Assembly (NCBI GenBank): GCA_964612665.1
Contig: CAZTCI010000006.1
Coordinates: 77,750-141,749 of the forward strand
DNA length: 64,000 nt
Direction: 5' to 3'
Origin: an uncultured Planctomycetales bacterium
Lineage (GTDB): Bacteria; Omnitrophota; Gorgyraeia; Zapsychrales; JAHFFX01
Part shown: piece by piece, positions 27,574 to 34,656 of the stretch
Layout: the number at the start of each line of letters is the position of its first letter
Position numbering within the stretch: position 1 is the first letter of the stretch
Program-made: the position numbers and the translations under genes
Notes under the pieces: model-generated
Seen by the model: the letters and a program-made list of their open reading frames with translations, nothing else
Databases searched by the model: none
What the model was told of the DNA's origin: nothing

Positions 27574-27911
27574 CACATACTTATCATATCCAATGGATGC
27601 CGTGCGCCAGTTGTGCGCAGAAGATTGAGAAGGTTTTAAAAGAAATACCAAATATTACATCTGTGAAGATTGATTTACAATCAAAGCAGGCGACCGTCAG
27701 CATGACGGAGCATGTGAGCACCGAACAATTGAACAAAAGATTAAAAGCAGCAGGAAGCTATTCATTAAGCGAACAAGTGTTGATTTCAGCTGTTGAAATA
27801 AAGAATGATTTCACGCCCTTGATTATCATTTTTTCAATCATTGTTCTTTTTACATTAGTAAGGCAATGGGGAGTCAGTTTTAATGCCATTCGGGCAATGG
27901 CCATAAATTGA
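27570..27911 (+). CDS. Heavy-metal-associated (HMA, MxCxxC) domain protein with a C-terminal TM helix; possibly a truncated N-terminus of a P1B-ATPase
   Basis: 'MPCASCAQKIEKVL' HMA motif. The C-terminal 'PLIIIFSIIVLFTLV' is a TM segment, followed by a stop and then about 500 bp of non-coding DNA containing repeat B. Confidence 0.6.
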   Translation: MTHTYHIQWMPCASCAQKIEKVLKEIPNITSVKIDLQSKQATVSMTEHVSTEQLNKRLKAAGSYSLSEQVLISAVEIKNDFTPLIIIFSIIVLFTLVRQWGVSFNAIRAMAIN

Positions 27912-28079
27912 GAACCCGGTCGTGCTCTTCTATTCTTCCCTTAATTATAAATTTCCGTTTGACACAGTTATTTAATTTTATATAATCCCAAAAGAGGCAT
28001 CACTCCAGATGTCTCAGCATATCCTGCAAAGCGCCCGCAACCAGTATCTACCCAAGCCTTCTTCGATTATTAATCTGTT

Positions 28080-28177
28080 CTTACTGACTTTTGCATTGCA
28101 AAAATCTAGTATTAGGCCTTTTCTCCTCGAGAATGATAGAACAACCTTATCTTGGGAAGAGAAAAGGCCAATAATAA
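28080..28177 (+). repeat. Dispersed repeat family B, copy 1 (~100 bp, two conserved hairpins)
   Basis: Roughly 80% identical to the reverse complement of 52040..52144. Hairpin 1 is GACTTTTGC-att-GCAAAA(A/G)TC. Hairpin 2 is GGCCTTTTCTC-n~33-GAGAAAAGGCC. Confidence 0.7.
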
Positions 28178-28415
28178 GTTATTCAAAAGTTTGAATAATA
28201 ATTCCTAACACTTTTGGCTCAAGCAGCGCCGAAGGTCTTGCTTGGGCATAAGTATTTTTTATTAAAACCGTCAGAGAAGTGAAAGGAGGCACTTTATGTA
28301 ATGTCTAAATTCAAGTACCATAGGGTAAGATTCTTGTCTTCAACTTGGTCCAGATTTTCCCGATAGAGGCAGGATTTTTTCGAAAGAAATTTTAAAATAA
28401 GATTGTGAGATCACT

Positions 28416-29450
28416 ATGAAGAGAAAAATTCTTTCAATGCTTTTTTTGTTCTCTGTTCTTGCTTTAAGTGTTGCAACCTCCCAACTTTTTGCTCAAATTG
28501 TAAATCCGACGCAGACAAACGTCTTAAATTTTGCTGCCAGAGGCGACGGGCAGACTGATGATTCGGCCGCCTTGCAATCCGCTATTGATGCCACGCCTGA
28601 AAACGGAACATTGTTTTTTCCCCAGCCCGCGCAGTATTACCTCCTCACGCAAGGATTGCGTCTTAAATCGAACATAATTCTGAAAGGCGACGAATCAACC
28701 ATTTTCATGCCGGCCAATGATGAAGAAAACGGCAAAAGTATTTTTTACACTGATTCGAGAAGCAACACTGCCAACGTCGAAATCGCGGGGCTTATTCTTA
28801 AATCGTCCAACCAGATCCCGGGCAGCGGTTATTGGACGGGATCTTTAATAAGCAATAATAAAGGCATGTACTTGCAAAACACCAGTAATTTCAATATTCA
28901 TGATCTAGTCATTTCAAATATGGTGGACGGCATTAAAATAGCGACAATTAATAATAGCCGCATCTCGTTTAAGGACGTAAAAATTCTGCAGACCGCAACC
29001 GATATATATGTCAGTAACGCCTCGGGAATTTTTATGGACGGATTGACGCTGGACAGCACGGGGTTTCTTGAAACCAACCACCATCTTCACAATGTCTATA
29101 TCTAATCCAACGTCCAGGATTTGCATATCGATAATTCAGTGTTTTTGAACACAGCCGGGGCGGGCGTCCAGATTTACCAGGAAGGCGGTACTCCGGCGGA
29201 AAATATCTTTGTCACCAACGCGTCTTTCTATAATTGCCGCGAAGTCCTGGTGTCCTGGGCAAGCCGAAATATCCATCTTGAAAAATTCAAGGCGATCAAC
29301 TGTGCCTTTGTGTTAAACCTGCAAGACACTCAGGTCTTTGTGACTGACGGTGAGGTGAATGCCGGTCATGATTTCTTTATGTCAGATTCTAATCCAGGTT
29401 CTGATAGCGTAATCTCGAACATCTTATTTAATGGAGCGAAGCTTTATTAG
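28416..29450 (+). pseudogene. Right-handed beta-helix (pectate-lyase-superfamily / GH28-like) secreted protein interrupted by an in-frame TAA at 29103-29105
   Basis: ORFs 28416..29105 and 29121..29450 are in the same frame (both ≡0 mod 3) and are separated only by one TAA. The N-terminus 'LNFAARGDGQTDDSAALQSAIDA...GTLFFP' is the pectate_lyase_3-type signature. The sequence after the stop continues the beta-helix. Confidence 0.6.
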
Positions 29451-29503
29451 CGCCAATGCCTAAAGAACAGTGATGATTTCTATTTTGTTTTAATGGTTGA
29501 AAA

Positions 29504-29557
29504 GGACTTTCGAAGCCGGCTGTTCTCCGAGAGAGAACAGCCGGCTTCGAAAGTTCC
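29504..29557 (+). terminator. Very long (~22 bp) near-perfect hairpin GGACTTTCGAAGCCGGCTGTTCTC-cgag-GAGAACAGCCGGCTTCGAAAGTTCC downstream of the beta-helix gene
   Basis: Perfect complementarity apart from a 1-nt bulge. There is no strong T-tract afterwards, so it may be a bidirectional terminator or a processing/structural element. Confidence 0.5.
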
Positions 29558-29715
29558 TAATTGATATTGTTTATTACGTCTTGAATTGGAAAGTTTCGAA
29601 TTCAAAAGCATGACCGCGTTTCCAGGAAGGAAAACAGTTTCAAAGAATTATGAGAGAAGTGATTCATAATAAATGTTTTTCTTGAGGATGACTCGGTTGT
29701 GCTTTTTAGGATCAC

Positions 29716-29752
29716 CAACCCTCTTCATAAATGCAGAGGGGGTTTTTCTTTT
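29716..29752 (+). terminator. Rho-independent-terminator-like hairpin CCCTCT-tcataaatgca-GAGGGG followed by TTTTTCTTTTT
   Basis: GC stem followed by a T-run, in a gene-poor intergenic region (possible 3' end of an sRNA). Confidence 0.4.
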
Positions 29753-30407
29753 TGCCTCGTTGCTTTGTTGACTCATAATAGAGCCTCAAAAGGTTGTTCA
29801 TAGTAAGACCGCTTGCATAGAAAAAATTTAGAGAACAGAATAAATTCTCAATACAAGGGCTTTTGTTTGCCCTTGAATCGCCCTTCTTTAGAAATTTTTG
29901 GTGAGGCGAAAGGGTTCAATGAATGGCACTTGGAATCTGTTTTTAGAATATTCTTTATAACCGTTTTGTAAACAGGCTTTTGTGATAACACTCAGAAGTG
30001 TCAATTTTATCCAAAAATTTTGTAACTTTATGGTTTCATACGAATAACCCATGGAAAGATTGCCCAACCTTATGGACAAAAAACGATGAAGAAATAATGC
30101 AAATTTATCAGTCAGGAGATTCACAGGCCATGACACATATTTTTTAACGCCATAAAATTCGGATATTAAATTTCTGTTTCAGCATATTAGGCAATCGCGC
30201 TGATGATGAGAAAGATGGATAAGATACGATAATCCTTACAGAACTCTTGCGAATTTTTTCCTTCCATTATAAAATCCAGATTGTTTTTCGAACGCTTTTT
30301 TGCTACAACAATGTGTCTTGTGTAATAAACACCTGACCGCGTACCATCAGAATAATATTTAGGAGCTTTATAAGATATTTAGTCTTAATCAATGAAAGGA
30401 GCTGAAA

Positions 30408-30608
30408 ATGAAAAGATTAGTTATTGTCATGCTTTTGGGTCTTTTGGCTGCACCTACACTTTGGGCAGCAGATTCTGATACCCAAAACACACCAAAGCCG
30501 GCTGTGCATTCTCATAAAGGCAAGGGTGCCCATCATCATAGACGGCATAATCAAACTAATTCAAAGACGAAAAATAATAAACAAACTGATGTTAACGGTG
30601 ATAAGTAG
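30408..30608 (+). CDS. Small secreted His/Lys-rich protein (66 aa), hypothetical
   Basis: RBS AAAGGAG 7 nt upstream. Signal peptide MKRLVIVMLLGLLAAPTLWA, then 'HSHKGKGAHHHRRHNQ'. Confidence 0.45.
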   Translation: MKRLVIVMLLGLLAAPTLWAADSDTQNTPKPAVHSHKGKGAHHHRRHNQTNSKTKNNKQTDVNGDK

Positions 30609-31034
30609 ATCCGTTTTTTAGGTTCGTTTTTCAATGGGCTGGAGTTTTAACTCCGGCCCATTAACATTATAGGCAAAGAAACGAATTATCAGGCAACAGC
30701 ACTTTTCGCACTCCGACGTTTTCCTTCCCCCTGAAATTATAAAAATAAAATCGCACGAATTTGCGCTTACAAATTCCTCTGTATGCTTTAAAGATTTATC
30801 CCATATAATAATGTCTCAAGCAAGGACGCTGGGCTGGGCGCCCGCGGATTTTGTTACGAAGCGCCCAGCCCGGCTATGATTCAGAAAAATTAATCTTTAA
30901 TCCTCCAAGACTTTCACGTTCGGCTGTTCTTTCACGGAGAACCTGTTCTGCCTTTCCTAATACTGATGAAGGCAGAGCTCGTTCACAGTTAAACGCGAAA
31001 GTCCTATCCTCACTTTTCCTTCAAGGAGAATATC

Positions 31035-31945
31035 ATGCCATCGCTTAATCGGCGCCGGCTTAACTGGAAAGATTTGACCCGTCGGGTCTGGAAAGAATTT
31101 TGGGAAGACCGCGTGCTGGATCAATCTGCGATGATGTCGTTTTATTTTTTTTGTCGATATTTCCGCTTTTAATTTTTCTCATGGATCTTCTTGGATTTTT
31201 GTACCGCACTGATCCTTTGTTAAAGGATTTCTTCGAGCAAACAATCAACAAATATATCTCGGACTTTGTTCCGGGTTCCGCTTCGCTTTTGATCAAAGCA
31301 ACCTTAAGTGAAATCACTCAAAACCCGGCGGGCCGCAAATTTTCGCTGGCCCTTTTGTTCACCGTATGGTCCGCTTCAAGTGGGATGTCGGCGATTATGG
31401 AAGGATTGAATATTGCTTACGGCATCAAGGAAACTCGCAGCTGGTTTAAAAAAAAATTGGCGGCGTTTATTTTGACGATTGTCTGCGGCGGGTTTATGGC
31501 GGTGTCTTTGATCATTCTTATCAGTGGAGAACGTTTAGGACAATTCATTTGGGGGCATTTGATCTTTCGAAATTTTATGGGGATTGTGGGCCGAATTATT
31601 GAAGGCTTGCTTGTGATCGTCTCGGCGTTTATCTTTTTTAATATCCTGTATGTATACGCACCCAATATTCACCGACGACAATGGCACTGGTTTATGCCGG
31701 GGACCATGATCGGCGTCGGCATTTGGCTTATGTCGTCGTTGGGATTCAAACTTTATTTAAGTGTTTATGACCGTTATACACTGACCTACGGATCGTTAGG
31801 TGCGGTCATTGTTCTTATTATGTGGTTTTATTTGACCGGAATCGCTATTTTGACCGGGGCGGAGGTCAATTCTGAAATTGAAAAGGCTTCAGGAATGCTG
31901 GATCCCGACGGAATGAAACGCGATAGAAGGGAAAAAAGGGAATAA
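31035..31945 (+). CDS. YihY/BrkB-family inner-membrane protein; the reading frame as given needs a +1 shift inside a T8 homopolymer (31145-31152)
   Basis: Frame 0 from ATG 31035 gives MPSLNRRRLNWKDLTRRVWKEFWEDRVLDQSAMMSFYFF and then a stop at 31170-31172. The ORF-track frame (31100..31945) continues '...LSIFPLLIFLMDLLGF...' with the full YihY TM core. Together they make a canonical YihY N-terminus only if the T-run is 9, not 8. Confidence 0.6.
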
Positions 31946-32272
31946 ACGAAAAAATTATTTATGGCCAGGCTGTCTATCCAAAAGAAATTTTGCAGCAAGA
32001 AAGCTTATTCAAATAATAATAAGAAGAAAGGGCGATCATTAAGATTCCTGCAACTAAAAATGCTGCAGGCGTTTTTTTATCTACCACCAATGAATTTTGA
32101 CATCTTTCCTTGCCAGCGATTGATCTTTTTCTATAATGAAATCGTTCATAAAATATGACTACAACACCATTATTACTTCCCCAAAAGGATTTTCTTAAAT
32201 TTAAAGGCTAAAAAAATTTTAGGGATTTGAAGGTGATTTCTTCTTACCGCAGCCGTAAAAATATTTAAGATA

Positions 32273-32875
32273 ATGTATAAACTTTCCATGTTCAAAGACC
32301 GCCTCGAAGCTTTTAGCGACGGGGTTTTTGCGGTGGCTTTGACTTTACTCGTCTTGGATTTGCACGTGCCGAGCGTCGCGGATCATTCTAGTCTCGGTGA
32401 GTATGCCGCAGCCATTGCACCACTTGTTCCTAAGATTGATAGTTTCGCGCTGACGTTTGTTATGATTTGCATTCATTGGGTCGGTCATCATTATTTTTTT
32501 GCACAATTGCGCCGTGTCACTATTGCTCTGGTTTGGTTGAATAATTTTTATTTGTTATGGATCTGTTTTATGCCTTTCCCAACGGCCATGCTGGGTGATC
32601 ACCCGACGGACCAATTTCCAATCCTTTTGTACGCCGCAAACCAACTCCTCGCGGCGGTGACTTTTTTCGCATTTAGGAATTACGCCAGCCATCATAATCT
32701 TTTTGCAGACCATGCCTCGGCCCAAGCGATGGGACCACGGCACAGTATTCCCGCGATCACCATTTTCGTATTATCAATCGTGTTTGCGTTTGTGAATGTT
32801 TATTTATCGTTGCTGTGTTTTGTCCTTGTTCCATTGCTGTATTTTGTGCCCACTCTGATTTCTAGACGAGAATAA
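32273..32875 (+). CDS. TMEM175/DUF1211-family putative K+ channel
   Basis: 'RLEAFSDGVFAVALTLLVLDL' is the hallmark RxxxFSDGV-A-TLLVL motif. The motif recurs in the second half, and the protein has 6 TM segments. Confidence 0.7.
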   Translation: MYKLSMFKDRLEAFSDGVFAVALTLLVLDLHVPSVADHSSLGEYAAAIAPLVPKIDSFALTFVMICIHWVGHHYFFAQLRRVTIALVWLNNFYLLWICFMPFPTAMLGDHPTDQFPILLYAANQLLAAVTFFAFRNYASHHNLFADHASAQAMGPRHSIPAITIFVLSIVFAFVNVYLSLLCFVLVPLLYFVPTLISRRE

Positions 32876-32891
32876 GAAGGAGGAATTAACG

Positions 32892-34076
32892 ATGAACTCA
32901 TCGCCAATAAGACAAATGCTGAACAAGGTTCCCGCGGTCACTATTTATTTTTGGATCATTAAAATTTTTTGCACAACGGTTGGAGAGACAGCCGCAGATT
33001 ATCTTAATATGACGCTTCATTTCGGGCTCACCGGAACATCATTGGTTATGAGCGTTTTGCTCACCGTCATTATGTTCTTTCAATTTAAGGCAAACAAATA
33101 TATTCCTTCCATTTACTGGCTCGCGGTTGTTTTAATCAGTATCGTCGGTACTTTAATCACGGATAATCTTACGGATAATCTCAATGTTCCTCTTGAAACA
33201 ACTACCATTGTATTTTCGGTTCTTCTCGCGCTGAGTTTTATTGTCTGGTATGCACGTGAGAAGACATTGTCTATTAATTCGATAGATACACCGCAACGCG
33301 AAACTTTTTATTGGCTTGTCGTGCTTTTTACATTCGCCCTAGGGACAGCCGCCGGAGATCTTACTGCCGAGAAATTTGAGATCGGGTATTTGAAATCAAT
33401 TTTTATATTTGGCGGGATCGCGATCGCCGCGATTGTTTATTATAAAATGAAAGGAACCGCCGAACACAAGCATGAATCTGTCCACGCGATTCTTATTTTT
33501 TGGATCGCCTATATTTTTACCCGGCCTTTGGGGGCTTCTATCGGCGATTATCTTTCCCAATCACCCGCCGACGGTGGTCTTGGGTTGGGAGCAACGGCAA
33601 CCAGTGCGCTTTTTCTGATCACGATTTTAGCGTTAGTGGTTTATTTAACAATCACGAGCAAGGCCAGCAATGCTCGACGCGGCCGGTTGGTTGGTGTTAT
33701 TACTCTTGTATTGATCATTGGGATCGGCGGTTGGTTAGTTTTAGGAAATTCATCTCATAAAACAAAAACGTTAACGGCTCAAAAATCTACCTTGCCTTTA
33801 GGTGACCTTTCCTTATTTATAAAAATTGCTGAAGATAGTTTGAAGCTCGTAGAAGCGGATGACCTTCCAAGTGCGAAACGTCGGATAAAAGATCTTGAGA
33901 CAGCATGGGACGATGCTGAAGCAAAACTGCGGTCTATGAGTCCTGCCGATTGGACGTCTGTTGATGCATCCATCGACCGCGTGCTTTCGAAGCTGCGCGC
34001 CAGTCAACCGGACAAAAATGCTTGCGTTAATGCTTTAACGGCTTTCATTGCAAAATCTAAAAGCATATCCAAATAA
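32892..34076 (+). CDS. Membrane protein with repeated 'GET-x-(A/G)D' TM hairpins (COG4705-like), plus a C-terminal soluble domain
   Basis: Paralogous to 46284..47051 ('KVPAVTIYFWIIKIFCTTVGETAADYL' versus 'KVAQITAFFWVMKILATTLGETFGDLL'). Confidence 0.5.
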   Translation: MNSSPIRQMLNKVPAVTIYFWIIKIFCTTVGETAADYLNMTLHFGLTGTSLVMSVLLTVIMFFQFKANKYIPSIYWLAVVLISIVGTLITDNLTDNLNVPLETTTIVFSVLLALSFIVWYAREKTLSINSIDTPQRETFYWLVVLFTFALGTAAGDLTAEKFEIGYLKSIFIFGGIAIAAIVYYKMKGTAEHKHESVHAILIFWIAYIFTRPLGASIGDYLSQSPADGGLGLGATATSALFLITILALVVYLTITSKASNARRGRLVGVITLVLIIGIGGWLVLGNSSHKTKTLTAQKSTLPLGDLSLFIKIAEDSLKLVEADDLPSAKRRIKDLETAWDDAEAKLRSMSPADWTSVDASIDRVLSKLRASQPDKNACVNALTAFIAKSKSISK

Positions 34077-34132
34077 TTACAACGAAAAAGTCTCAGTAAC
34101 TTTAAAATTTTTTTACAGGAAGGTTAAATAGA

Positions 34133-34528
34133 ATGGAAATCAAACGAAGCGGCTCACAGCCTTCCAATAAAGGATCGTCGGAATATTTTACTGGAACAGT
34201 ACGAATCGATCCGCTTTTCAGCGCGCCCGCTCCGGCGAGGGCGGTTGGTGCCAGTGTCACCTTTGAGCCTGGCGCTCGCACCGCATGGCATTCTCATCCG
34301 TTAGGTCAAACTCTAATTGTGACGGCCGGCTGCGGACTTGCGCAGCATTGGGGAAGTTCCATCGAAGAAATTCGGCCTGGCGATGTCATCTGGTTTGCAC
34401 CCGGAGAGAAACATTGGCACGGCGCTACGCCAACAACCGCCATGACACATATCGCTATTCAGGAACAACTCGACGGAAAAACCGCTGACTGGATGGAGAA
34501 GGTTAGCGACGAACAATACAAGCCTTAA
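34133..34528 (+). CDS. Cupin-domain protein
   Basis: '[22 protein letters not shown]...[19 protein letters not shown]' carries the cupin_2 metal-binding His/Glu motifs. Confidence 0.65.
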   Translation: MEIKRSGSQPSNKGSSEYFTGTVRIDPLFSAPAPARAVGASVTFEPGARTAWHSHPLGQTLIVTAGCGLAQHWGSSIEEIRPGDVIWFAPGEKHWHGATPTTAMTHIAIQEQLDGKTADWMEKVSDEQYKP

Positions 34529-34656
34529 AATCTCACCGGTAGTACCATCCTAAGATTACGAGAAATAATTGTTTAATTAAATATTGTCTCTTTGTTGGTT
34601 CCGTTTTATATTAATTTCTGTTCATTGATTATTTTAAAATTTTTTAAAGAAGAATT

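Noticed and set aside
28009-28194. 61-aa ORF overlapping repeat B copy 1 (and its counterpart 52000..52296 on the minus strand)
   Set aside because: The similarity between the two is at the nucleotide level and includes conserved hairpins. There is no RBS and they sit in long intergenic gaps. I interpret them as a repeat element and not a gene, although a duplicated micro-ORF is not fully excluded; see the family B finding.
31961-32158. 65-aa ORF between yihY and the DUF1211 gene
   Set aside because: Low-complexity translation (KKKGRSLRF...) with no RBS. This is probably a non-coding spacer.
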